Shown one piece after another: positions 28,486 through 40,125 of a stretch of 64,000 bases of DNA. Each line of letters begins with the position of its first letter. Position 1 is the first letter of the stretch. The DNA is from Eledone cirrhosa (Eukaryota): positions 371,256,001-371,320,000 of the forward strand of contig OZ024742.1 of assembly GCA_964016885.1 (NCBI GenBank), in the 5' to 3' direction. The notes under the pieces were generated by a model. That model did no database searches. It had not been told where the DNA came from and saw only the letters and a program-made list of their open reading frames with translations. Made by a program: the position numbers and the translations under genes.

Positions 28486-29369
28486 GTTAGTTAAACTGTA
28501 AATTAATATTTCAATTATTTTTCTCTCTTCTTTGAACATCACAGGAAAGATTGCTCAAAGTGTTTATTTGGGATATAGGAAATGAAATACAATGTTATTT
28601 ATTAAGTCAAGCGGCAAGATTCCAGATCTTATTCGCTTAACGAGTGGGGTGGAGCACATCAAATCAGACCAAGGAAACAGTCTTGCTCAAGGACATAATG
28701 CATCGCCCAGTCCAGAAATCAAACTCACAACCTCTTGATTGCAAATCCAATTCTCTAACCACTCAGCCACGCACCTCCATAGTGTTATTGCCATGATAAA
28801 ATGCACTCAGTGGGCTCCTTAAAGTAATTGGTGTTAGGAAAGACATTCAGCTGTAGAAGCCATGCCAAATGGGTAGAGAGGGCTGTTAAGCTATGTCAAG
28901 GACGTAACTTCCCTAGTGCTGCTGCCATGATAAAATGCTTCCAGTACACTCAGTAAAGTGGTAGGGTTTATAAGGGCATCCAGCTGTAGAAACCCTGTCA
29001 AAAGGGTCTTGAAGATTATTCAGGCATGTCAAAGACAACTTCCCTAGAGTTGATGCCTTGATAGAATGTAGCAAATACACTTTATAAAATGGTTGGTGTT
29101 AGAAACAGATGCAAATCATAGAAACCATCCCCAAACTGGAATGTATTGAATAAAACATGGTCCCTCCAACCCATCTAGGACAACAGTAGCCTGAAGTACT
29201 GGCCTAGTTTGGAAAACTGGCATTAAACAATAATGTTGATCACATAAATAAAAGACATCCTTAATGGGGTAACCCATTATAATATACCACCAGTTGCAGA
29301 AAATCAATGTTTTGGCTGTAATGTATAATTGCTAATTGTTGTTGTTGTTGTTCTTTGCCCACTTATTCC

Positions 29370-29670
29370 TGAGAGGATTGTGGGGGGTAGTCCTCAAACA
29401 CTCCTTCCAACTGGTCCTATCAGAAGCAACCGTCTCTGATCTGTCGGGATCCCCAAGCGAGACCAGCCAATCTTATGGATGTTTTCCAAACATCTTGCTT
29501 GGAGTCTACCCCTGGGTTTCCTGTTGGTTGGTTTTTGCCTGTAAAATCTGTCCAGCTATTCTTTCCTGAGACATTCTAACCACATGCCCATAGTCCCAGA
29601 GCTGTGATCTCTCAATTCGGAGAAGTAGCTGCTCTACTTGGGGTGACTCTCTCATCTCTGAGCTAGGTTT
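29370..29670 (-). mobile_element. Second decayed LINE 3' remnant, homologous to 27470-27850
   Basis: Shares aaacactccttcca...gacattctaaccacatg...gctgtgatctctcaattcgga with the upstream copy. Confidence 0.6.
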
Positions 29671-29714
29671 GATGCCGAGTGCTAATTGTTCATTTTCTTA
29701 ATTTTTATTTACAG

Positions 29715-29877
29715 GTTGTGCGTGTGCTGGGTATCTTGGGAGCATTGGATCCTCATAAAAACAAACTAAATGTGAGTCGAATGAAAGAAGAGTCTGGGTT
29801 GACGCTTGGTGGAGCATCAATAGACTCATTTGTGATTAACAAGTCTTCTAGTGATTCACAAACATCGATTCCTCTTG
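29715..29877 (+). CDS. MTOR: TOR exon: VVRVLGILGALDPHKNKLNV...QTSIPL
   Basis: cag|GTT...CTTG|gtgag, 163 nt, phase 0/1. Contains the RVLG.LGALDP motif. Confidence 0.93.
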
Positions 29878-30119
29878 GTGAGAAGCTTTTATTCTTTTTT
29901 TATTCTTTTACTGGTTTAAGTCTCTAGACCACAGCCATGTTGTTATAAACATCAGTTTACAATAATGTTAAAGTACCGGTCAAGTATTGGGGTCCATTTA
30001 ACCAACTTTTCTCTCCCCTAAAATTGCTGGCCCTGTGTTATAAACATCAGTTTACAATAATGTTAATTCCTCATCTCATAATTCTGTCAGTTGATAATTC
30101 TGATTTGGTTTCTTTGTAG

Positions 30120-30373
30120 CTGACTATAGTACCAATGAACTACTAGTAATGATGGGTGCCCCAACCTCCTTAGAAGACTTCTATCCTGCTGTCGTTGTGT
30201 CGGCACTGATGAGGATAATGCGTAAAGGCTGCTTTAGTTCGGACCACTCCTTACTCATCCAGTCCATTTCCTTCATTTTTAAAAGTCTTGGCTCCAGAAA
30301 TGTCCCTTATTTTGACCAGATTGTTAATGCATATGTGACAGTCACACGGAAAGCTGAAGTTAATGTGAAAGAG
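30120..30373 (+). CDS. MTOR: TOR exon: ADYSTNELLVMMGAPTSLEDFYPAVVVSALMRI...FIFKSLG...EVNVKE
   Basis: tag|CTGAC...GAG|gtatg, 254 nt, phase 1/0. Contains the FYPAV and FIFKSLG motifs. Confidence 0.93.
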
Positions 30374-31058
30374 GTATGTTATTCTGTTTCATATCATCAT
30401 CATCATCATCATTGCACGTCTGTTTTCTTTGCTACCAAGCTGTAATGCTATGACAATCAGCATCATTAAGTACCTAGTTTTCCTTGTTCTGTGGGTTAGC
30501 TGGATCATGTTCTGGGGTTAGGGCAGATCAGATGACCATGTCCTACATATATGTTCTATTCTAGCATGGTTTTTGTGGTTAGATACTTTTTTTAATGACA
30601 ATAACTTTTTAAATTCATCATTGAAGGTTTTACCAGTGTGCCACAACCCTTTGTGATTTTTACAAAGCAACAAACAACCATTTTTATTCTGAAGATGTAG
30701 CTATAAATTGAAATATTAATTGAAAACAAAAAACAATTTATATTTTAATAATCTAGTGTAATTTTCTGTTATTGTATATACTTGTGTATAAGCCAACTCA
30801 TACTTTATGCTTGAGAACTGGGCAAAAATCAAAACCTTGTGTATAAGCTAAGGTGGCTAACCAACATATGTTTAGATGCTATGGCTTTCTCTTGGGGGTC
30901 TTGTCCTACACTTATTCACTATAGTCTAGTTTCTACTTAATGTAACTGATGATAGGAACTAGACTATAGTGAATATCTTGCTTGTAAAAATCACACATTT
31001 ATATGAAAAATGTTTGCTCCCTCAGTACTTAACACCACCTAAACAAACTGTTGTGTGT

Positions 31059-31521
31059 ATCATCATCATCAAGGTTTAGCGTCCGTGTTCCACGCTTGCA
31101 TGGGTTTGGACGGGGGTTTTCCCACTTGAGGCAAGAGTGGTTGTCTTGCTCGCATAGGACTGTCTGGCGGGTTTTCTACAGCTGGATGCCCTTCCTAACA
31201 CCAACCACATTTACAGTGTGGGTCTGGGAGGTTTTTACCGTGTTGCCTACACGGCCACATTACAGCGTGAACTGTGTTTTTTTTGTTGTGACACCTACAC
31301 GATCTCATTTTGTTTCGGCCTGGATGTTGTGGTACCAACATAACTTTACATCGAAAGGGGTGGGGGTGGTGGGACGGGGTGTGTTTTGATAGAGATGCCC
31401 ACTGACTGTAGTAGGTTTTACTTTGTATTTAGGTAAGGCGGGTCTTCTCTATTACTGAGTACCGCCAAAGATCGCAGTCCAGTGACATTGTCTTGGAGAG
31501 GTGTAAGCATGTGAGGTCGGA

Positions 31522-31525
<4 letters not shown>
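31059..31525 (-). mobile_element. Short 3'-end copy of the RTE LINE at 40126-42400
   Basis: Nearly identical to 40135-40603 (3' UTR plus the last codons), with a (TCA)n tail. Confidence 0.85.

Positions 31526-31568
<43 letters not shown>
31524..31568. repeat. (TA)n microsatellite
   Basis: Seen directly. Confidence 0.95.
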
Positions 31569-31570
<2 letters not shown>

Positions 31571-31776
31571 CATCGTTTAACATCTATTTTCCAGTGTGTG
31601 TGTAGAGAGAGAGGGGGGTGTATGAATTATGACTGCAATGCCAAGCAGTTTTGGCTGAAACCGCTAGCCACACGTTCTGGATTTTACCTATCTCTATAAC
31701 CACTCTGCATCCTCCCATGTATTGAGTACTTCCATGATCAGTGGTCTCCCCGATCTCAACGCTGCAGACTAAATAT

Positions 31777-32430
31777 ACAGTGTGGCACAGATAAACCTAG
31801 TTTTTATGTGGCAACAGCACCGTGAGTCGTGGTATAGCGAGGTTTCGAGAACGGCATTAGAAATTAAAACACCTCAGCTGTATGGCCATTAATGCACGAG
31901 ATGTCTTCAGAATATGATTGTCGAACTGCTGGCATATTGGGCCTCAAATAAGGACAATTTCAGGCCAGAACACAAAACTCACAAGAAGTGCTCTGGTGCC
32001 ACCAGGATACCAGAGTTTATTGCCGATGCCTCCATCTTGGTGCCAACAGTTACATGAGGTTCCTGAACGAGCACGTCAAGCATTGGATGGACAGGTTGGT
32101 TAATGGGAGGCCCTATGTCTTTCAACAGGACTCTGCCCACACCCACAAAGCCATAACCATCCAATGCCTGGCTCTTCGCCAATGTGCTGTACCACTGGTC
32201 ACCCAACTTATGCTCTCCCCATCGCCAGACTGTAATCTTCCCAACTATTTTGTGTGGGATATCATGGAGAGAGAGGTGAAGAGCAGGCCATACAATACCA
32301 AGGAGGCTCTCAAGGCAACCATCAGGTACGCCATGTACAGGGACACTGTCACCAAGGCCTGCTCCAGGTTCCAGTCCTGCCTGGAGAAAGTGGTGGCTGC
32401 TGATAGTATTTTGAATGCATATTTATAATG
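31777..32430 (+). mobile_element. Decayed Tc1/mariner superfamily transposase fragment (DD37D/maT-like)
   Basis: ORF 31988-32428 contains YVFQQDSAHTHKA and SPDCNLPNYFVW. There are 37 residues between the QQD aspartate and the position of the last catalytic residue, which is mutated to N here. Confidence 0.75.
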
Positions 32431-33139
32431 GAAGGTTTAAATTTAAATATAAACTCTTCAAAAACAAAAATGTCTATATCATAGAGCCAGGTTTCAGGCA
32501 GTTTAACATCAAAAGGATTAAAACCTCTTTTTGTGAGATAATTTGTTTCTGGTTTGGTTCTCCGTGTTCTGAGTTTAAATCTTGATGAAGTCAACTTTCT
32601 TTCATCTTTGTGAAGTTAATAAATGAAATACCAGTTCAGTACTAGTTGATTCTTCCTCTCGCTCTCTTTCTCTGGAAGAAATCAGCTGTATTCAGGCTTG
32701 AGAGGGAGAGATTCTGCCAGGTTTAAAATGCCCAAGGCATGCTGTATATCACTATGGCATTCCTACAATACCATGGGCCCATGGTGTGGAAACTTATTTA
32801 ACCCTTTTCTCACTATATTTCTAATAGAAAGCATTGCCTATAATTTTAAAATAATTCTGAAAATAATCAAGAATTTGCAGGAATTTAGTAACATAACTTT
32901 CTTATTAATCTGTTTTTTGGGGGTTTTTTTATATAAATGTTTTTACATAAAATTATGATGGAAGAGTTTTAAATAAATATAAACACTTTAAAATAAACAG
33001 TCTTGTATTGGAGAACCAGGAGCAGTTTCAGGCAGTTTTGTATCAAGAGTCGTTTCTTTTATTTTTGTATGTATGTTTTGTTTTTTTATATAAGTTATAT
33101 GTTAACTAAATCACCTTTTGTTTAAATTACCTTCAACAG

Positions 33140-33226
33140 TTCATGTTCCAACAACTTGGGTTTTTGGTCACCTTTGCCAAGCAACATGTCCGCAACTTTC
33201 TGGGAGATATTTTCCAACTAATTAAG
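33140..33226 (+). CDS. MTOR: TOR exon: FMFQQLGFLVTFAKQHVRNFLGDIFQLIK
   Basis: cag|TTC...AAG|gtaag, 87 nt. Contains the F.FQQLG motif. Confidence 0.92.
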
Positions 33227-34139
33227 GTAAGTTATTGAGGATGTTTGACCTACAATCATAATGTTGAGGGTTCGATTTCTTCTTGGACTTGATGGTACAT
33301 TATGTTCTTTAGCAAAATATTTTATTTCACGTTGCTCCTTCTGCCAGGAGTTGGAAACAGTAGATAGTATCAACAATGGAAAGACCAATGGAAACATTGT
33401 TTCCTTTGTCCAATCTGATGATTAGCTCCTTTCCTTTTTATTGTTAATATCAGAAGCAGTAGTAGTTGCTTTTTAGCCATGGGTTACTCCTCATTGAACA
33501 AGTCTATAATCATAGCTACCATTTCTAGCAGATAGTCTAAGTGGTAATTGTTGTTAATGTCAAAGTAGTGATAGAGAACTCCTTCAACCAAATTAAGTGT
33601 ACTTTCACCATGAGAACCAGGACCAGTAGGTTCCTATATCCACAACTGGACCCAATCTAAAAGTTAGACCCATTGTCTCCAGATTAGACAAACTTTTCTA
33701 TAAAATCTCCTGGTTTCTAAACTTTTCAAACCCCTACTCTACACCATCCCCAGACAGCTCTAATGAAGTTAACCACAGACTGATATCTCAACCCACTACA
33801 CATAACAGAATAGCTACCTCTACATATAGAACTGTTTTGGGCTAGGTTTCTATAGCTGGATGCCCTTCCTAATGCCAATCACATTTACAGTGTGTGCTAG
33901 GTGCTTTTTGTTGTGACTCCTACACTACCACTTTACAGTGTGGGCTGGGTACTTTTTGTCGTGACACCAACATAACTTTACAGTGTAAGGGTGGTGTGGG
34001 CAGAGGTGGGTGGGTGAATGTTGGGGCATAGGAGGTGTGTGGAAGTGGGGTATAGTGGTTAAGAAGTTCCTACTAGATGTATGTTTGAGTCTATGGGAAG
34101 GTGTCTTTATTATATATTTTTTCTTTTTCTTTTTAACAG

Positions 34140-34420
34140 GAAAATTGGACGATGAAAAGCCAGGATCAGAATATCTATCTTTCATTGTTAGAACAATTAG
34201 TACATGCTGTTGGTTCTGAAGTAAAACCTCATCTACCACAAATTGTACCTCAAATCTTACGTATACTAATGTACGATACCAGTAAACAAAGGGAATATAC
34301 TTTACAACTTCTTGAAGTACTCCAGTTATTTGGTTCCAGTTTGGATGACTGCCTTCATGTACTTTTGCCCTACATCATTAAATTGTTTGACTCCAACGAT
34401 GTTCCAATCAATGTCCGCAA
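34140..34420 (+). CDS. MTOR: TOR exon: ENWTMKSQDQNIYLSLLEQLV...LDDCLHVLLPYIIKLFDSNDVPINVR
   Basis: cag|GAA...CGCAA|gtaag, 281 nt, phase 0/2. Contains the LDD.LH.LLP.I.KLFD motif. Confidence 0.93.
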
Positions 34421-35593
34421 GTAAGTTAGCTTCATCGTTACATTTAAATTGTGTGGAACCATGTTGCTGGTTTGAGAGCTGATGTGGGTGAAGATGTGTA
34501 TCTAGACTTATACATCACATTTCTTTGTTTACTTCCAGTCATTTCTATGTACCAGCATGCTTCTCCTGGTCCTCCTCCCCTCAATCTTTTCTATATTTCA
34601 TCTACCTGTCACCCACCTTGTCATTATCTCTCTCTGTTTACCACTGGCTGCTGGTCTCTATCCTCTGAGGCATTTTTGCCCATAGCTCTCTTTGACAGCA
34701 GCTGTTTTAATGGCTGTTCTCGTGATGAGTTTTCTCATTTTTATATTTATTCAAATACACGCTTCGTCTCGATCAGAGACAGTTTTTTCATCTATATATA
34801 TTTGTTACAATATGACCAAAAGAGAGAAATAGAACCAGAACAAGATCTACTACACGGGTCTTCCAAATTCTAGCTGACAATTACTGCAGGTAATGCTGCT
34901 TCAATGATGATGCTTGTATTTTTCATAAATATGGTCACAAATGAGTTAAACGAGACAGGCATGGCTGAGTGGTCAAAAAGTTCACTTTGCAATCATCAGG
35001 TACCAGTTTTGATCTTGATGTATTGCATCTTAAGTGTTTTGACCTTAACCTTGAGTTGATTGAAGTCTTGAGAGTAAAATTCAGCCCAGGTTTTCCACTG
35101 TCATCTTCTTCTACAGCTTCCTTCCACTGAGATTGCTTGGTATTTCTTCCTCCAATGGGCATCATCCATATGTATCATATCTCCATACCAATGCAATCCT
35201 CTCTCATGCACTCATCCTAAGGTTAGTTTTTCTCTCAGCGCCTGTGTTTTGTCTTTTATTCCCACAAACATTACCCATACTCATCTAGCACAGCTTGCTT
35301 TATTTTAGCCCAGTCCTCTACTGTTGAACAACCTTTATTTTAATTTTCAACAACTTACAATAAAGGTTTGTAATAAAGAAGTTCGAAGCAGCAAATTGGC
35401 AGTCGTTAGGATGTTGGATAGCTTCGCAATATTCATGTCAGACCTCAGCATTCTGAGTTCAAATCCTGCTGAAGTCAACTTTGCTTTCATCCTTGATAAA
35501 GTACCAGTCTAGTACTGGGGTTCATTTCTCACTCTATCATTCTCTTTCTCTCTCTCTCCCTTTCTCATCCTTTGTCTCTCCCTCTCTCTCTCT

Positions 35594-35596
<3 letters not shown>

Positions 35597-35660
<64 letters not shown>
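35597..35660. repeat. (CA)n microsatellite preceded by a CT-rich tract
   Basis: Seen directly. Confidence 0.95.
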
Positions 35661-35662
<2 letters not shown>

Positions 35663-35841
35663 CACACACAGCTGTTTTCAGACCTATAAAGGGGTAAGTT
35701 CCATCATGTTCCAAAAGCCCAAGACATGCTGTGTATCAAGTTACCACTGCTGCCTATACAACTCCATCAAGGGTTCACAACCCCGCAAAAAATAAGTTTG
35801 ATATTAGGGTAACACTAATGCTATTGTTTTTTTCCTTTCAG

Positions 35842-36097
35842 AATGGCTTTAGAAACTGTTGATGTCTTCACTGAAGATTTGGACATGACAGATTTTGCAT
35901 CTCGCCTGGTTCATTCTTTTGTGCGTACCATTGACTCCACCCCAGATCTAATACCTACCACAATGGACACTATGTGTTCTATGATGCTTCAACTAGGACA
36001 GAAATTCCTCCTATTTGTACCCATGGTTAGCAAGACAGTGGTTCGCCATAAGATTGTCCATCAAAGATTTGAAGTTATTCTCACCAAGATCACCAAA
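35842..36097 (+). CDS. MTOR: TOR exon: (K)MALETVDVFTEDLDMTDFASRLVHSFVRTID...ILTKITK
   Basis: cag|AATG...AAA|gtaac, 256 nt, phase 2/0. Contains the ALETVD and D.ASR..H motifs. Confidence 0.93.
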
Positions 36098-36227
36098 GTA
36101 ACTTTTAACTTATATCTTCTTTTCCTTCTTTTTCTTCACTTTTCCTTACTTTTTTCTTTTTTTTTTTCTTTCACTTTTTCATTTTTCTTTTCTTTCTACT
36201 TTTTTATTCTTTCTTTTGAATATTTAA

Positions 36228-36442
36228 CCCTTCAGCATTTACATTACTCTATATTTACTATTGTATTTTCATGGTAAACACTTTTTTTCACATAATCATC
36301 TCACATAATATCAATCTATGAGATTTTAATATTTATTTTGAGAAGAATACCTTAACATAAGTATGAGTAGCCATTTACAGCCAGTTTGAACAGAAAGAGG
36401 TGAGAATTCTGGACGGATATAGTCGGTTTGAATGCTAAAGGG
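36228..36442. mobile_element. 215-bp non-autonomous piggyBac-type MITE
   Basis: TTAA-CCCTTCAGCATTT ... GAATGCTAAAGGG-TTAA. The TIR matches the element at 46363-47836. Confidence 0.85.
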
Positions 36443-36520
36443 TTAAATGAAGCTGTATTAGTTGGTAATGTTGTCCTGAAATTATCTGATCATTCTGATA
36501 AAATAATTTGTGTTTTTCAG

Positions 36521-36658
36521 GGTGGCCTAGGTGATGAAGCTCCTGAAGGGCTGTTAACCAGGCGACGACAGAGGAAGAGGAAAGATTCAAACGCTGAAAA
36601 TACTTCTGAGTTACCAATGAGCAAAAAGTTACATGTATTTTTTACCAACTTACAGAAG
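36521..36658 (+). CDS. MTOR: TOR exon: GGLGDEAPEGLLTRRRQRKRK...KKLHVFFTNLQK
   Basis: cag|GGT...AAG|gtaag, 138 nt. Contains the KKLHV...NLQK motif. Confidence 0.9.
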
Positions 36659-37202
36659 GTAAGATCATCTGTGTACTGTTGAGGTTTTTGGCTTTTGTTG
36701 CAGCAAACAAAGTGGATGTGGATCTATGTTATCATTGCCATTTTCTATGCTTGCATGTTTTAAGGCAGGACAAGTCAGATGACTTTCATATGTTATGTGG
36801 TTTCTCTCTCTCTCCCCCATATGTTCCATTCTGGCATGGTTTCTACATCCGGATGCCCTTCCTAATGCCAACCACTTCAGTGTGTAGCAGATGTTTTATC
36901 GAGGTGTGTTTAACTTTTAACATGCTGAACAAAAAGCACCCAGCCCACACTGTAAATGTGGTTGGTGTTAGGGAGGGCATCCAGCCATAGAAACCAAGCT
37001 CCCAGTACACACTGTAAATGTGGTTGGTGTTAAGGAGGGCATCCAGCCATAGAAACCAAGCCAGAAACAGTTTGGTAAGAACAAAACACGGTCATCCGAT
37101 CTTGCCTGTCTCACAATGGGATAGCTAATCTAACTGATGCTAGCATGGAAAATGGATGTTAAACAGTGATGATAATCCAAATGTTTACAGTGTCTTTGTT
37201 AA

Positions 37203-39726
37203 CCCTTTTGTTACCAAGCCGCTCAAAACCACCCGTACTCACACATTCATATTTAAATGAGAATATCAGAGCAAATCTCGTTAGTACATTCGTTAAAACA
37301 CGTGATTATACTACGTAAACAATTGAGCTACACTTTCGGATAAATATCAACGTGTTATTTTAATTCTGTGAATTTTGGGAGATTTTTTTTCCAAATTTGT
37401 TCCTGTTGTATTTTGAAAATGTTTAATTCTGACAAAAAATGGATACCAATTTCATTCAGTCAAGCAGCGAGTCAGAATTCGAAGGATTTTCTACTGAAGA
37501 CCTTGAAAAATCTAACTCTATAACTGTAAAAAAAAAAAGCACATAGTATTTGATAAGGAATCCGATGTTTCATTTTCCGAAAGTGAAAGCAGTGAATCCG
37601 AGAGCTTCGATGACAGCGATAAAGAAAATGTGATAATGAATTGGCACCTGAATGGAGTAAAAATTTAAAAACTGTTTCTTTCAGTGATTTTTATGAAGAA
37701 ACTGGACCAAGTCACAGTCTATCCCAGGAGAGCAAAGCTTTAGACTATTTCCTTTTACTTTTTCCTATGAGCTTGTTTGAAATTATTACGGCGGAAACAA
37801 ACCGTTACGCTGAAAGTAAACAAAGTGAAAAAAAGGATAGTTTGTGGTTTCTCACAAGCTTAAATGAAATTAGGGCTTATTTTGCCATAAATATTATTAT
37901 GGGCATTAGAAAGCTACCCAGAATTACAAATTACTGGAGTAGCGATGAACCCTTCGGAGACGAATATGTCTCAAGTATAATGACGAAGACACGGTTTTTA
38001 AAATTGACGCAGTATTTACATGTAAGAGACACGAGCAGTACACCAGTACGTGGAGAACCAAACTATGATCCCTTATTTAAAATAAGACCCCTCATTGATT
38101 GTGTTCAAAACACACATAAAACAGTTTACAAACCAGGGAGATATTTATCTATCGATGAGGGTATGGTGGGCTATAAAGGCTGAGTGCGTTTTCGACAATA
38201 TATGCCAGGAAAGCCCACAAAATGGGGGATGAAAGTTTGGAAGATTTGCGAATCGAATACTGGGTACTGCTCTGGATTTGAATTTTATACTGGCAAAAGA
38301 GACAATTATGTAAGTCAGCATGGCCTAGGGTATGATGTGGTTTGGAATTTATCACTTTCATACCATAACCAGGGCCGTATATTATTTTTTGACCGGTTTT
38401 TCAGTTCGGTCAAACTTGCGGAGAATTTAGATACTGTGGCAACACATACATGTGCTACAGTGATCGCTAATAGAAAAGGACTGCCGTTGGATATAAAAAA
38501 AGCAAAATTAAAAAAAAAAGGTGAAATAATTCAACGGCAGAAAGGAAATTTGCTAGCGACCACATACAGAGATTAGAGGCAGATCAATTTTCTGTCTACC
38601 TGTGCACGGCCACATGTGGATGAAAATGGCACCCCATTTGTGAATCTCGATTACAACAGGTACATGGGTGGTGTAGATCGGATGAATCAGATGATGTCTT
38701 ATTATCCAGTTGGCAGATCGGGGAATAAATGGTGGCGATACCTGGTTTGGTATATAGTAAATATGAGTATTACTAATGCGTTTATACTATATACCAAATC
38801 GGGACCGGCTCGAAAGCGATGTGACCATCTGCAGTTCTAAGCAGATATAGCAACACAATTAAGAGCTGGTTATTCCTCAAAAAAAATAACTGTAGGGAGA
38901 AAAACCAAAGCCTGCCAGAGAGATATCCCTCTGAATTCAGCCGATCTCCATAAATTAGAAAAAAATCAAGGGTCGCAAAAGGCAGTGTCGTGAATGCTTT
39001 TTCAAAAAAGGAAAGCTCCTAGTGGAAGGTCTGTTGAAACAACTTTCCAATGTGCATTCTGCAAGGTTGCATTATGTAGAGCAGGGTGCTTTACAAGTTT
39101 TCATGATAGGAATATTGTTTGATTTGTATATATGTGATTTTATTTTATTAATATTTTCATATTTACTTCGTTTTTATTTTTCTTTGTGTAATTTTAATTT
39201 ACCTGTAAGGTGAATGACGAGTTTTGATTAATTTCTTTTGTAAATCATTATTGTATATTTCTGCATATCTATGTATGTGGGAGAGCTTATTTAATCTAGT
39301 TGATGGTGTGTGTGTATTTTGTTTTCTAGTTTTCTTCAGACAAATTCCAGTCTTTCGTTTTATTTATACCTTTATGGTACACCTGTCTTTTGTGTGTTTA
39401 AATTCACCTGATAAATCCAGTAATGTGCACAACTCTTCTATAGTAAAATTTTGTTGTATACCCAATTGAATATTAGCTAATAACCCATTTTCTATAGCAA
39501 TGTTTGAACAAAATTTAAATAATTTCATATTTTGTTGAATTTACCTGTAATTAGAGTCACTTTGAGACAAAAATTATGGAATAGAATTGGTTGAGAACCT
39601 TTCGTTAAATTTTCTTCAAAAAATCACATTAATATGTTGATAAATAAAAAAAGTTAGAGTTGTTTAATGAAACATAAATTTATGATTGTTATAAATTAAT
39701 TGGTTAGAAATATGGTAACGAAAGGG
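37203..39726 (+). mobile_element. Full-length piggyBac DNA transposon (decayed)
   Basis: TTAA target sites at 37199-37202 and 39727-39730. 14-bp TIRs CCCTTTTGTTACCA / TGGTAACGAAAGGG with one mismatch. Contains a transposase. Confidence 0.93.
37439..39125 (+). pseudogene. piggyBac (PGBD4-like) transposase pseudogene
   Basis: Acidic N-terminus from ATG 37439. Catalytic motifs SIDEGMVGYKG, FFDRFFSS and YNRYMGGVD, plus a C-terminal Cys cluster (QCAFCKVALCRAGC). In-frame stops end ORFs at 38183, 38576 and 38840, and there are frameshifts in A-runs. Confidence 0.88.
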
Positions 39727-40125
39727 TTAAACAGATTGTGAAAATTTGCAGTAAATTTTTTAATGTGATGCCATCAGTGTTGTTCTATATTTTTCAAGAA
39801 TGTGGTTTCATGTGGTACAGGACATTAACTCTTAACATCCTGTAATACATGAAACCGCTAGACATTCTTGTAAAGTACTTTTATTAAAAATTAAAATCTT
39901 TAGTTTACTGCAAATTTTCAGTGATCTGTCCACTAGTAAAGACACCTCAAACATTTTAATTAATAAACCTGTTTCAAAATATTTTCTGCTAAATCATTAC
40001 AGGTTGCTAAGAGTTATTACTGCAAATTTTCACAACGATCAGTCCACTAGTAAAGTTCTTAGAAACATTTGAATTGACAAACCTGTTTTAGACATTTTCT
40101 GGATGCTAAGAGTTAATGTAAACAA

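Noticed and set aside
37439-39125. Domesticated PGBD gene or TOR-piggyBac fusion exon
   Set aside because: It has several stops and frameshifts while the TIRs and TTAA sites are intact, so it is a decayed insertion. The flanking TOR exons join in frame without it.
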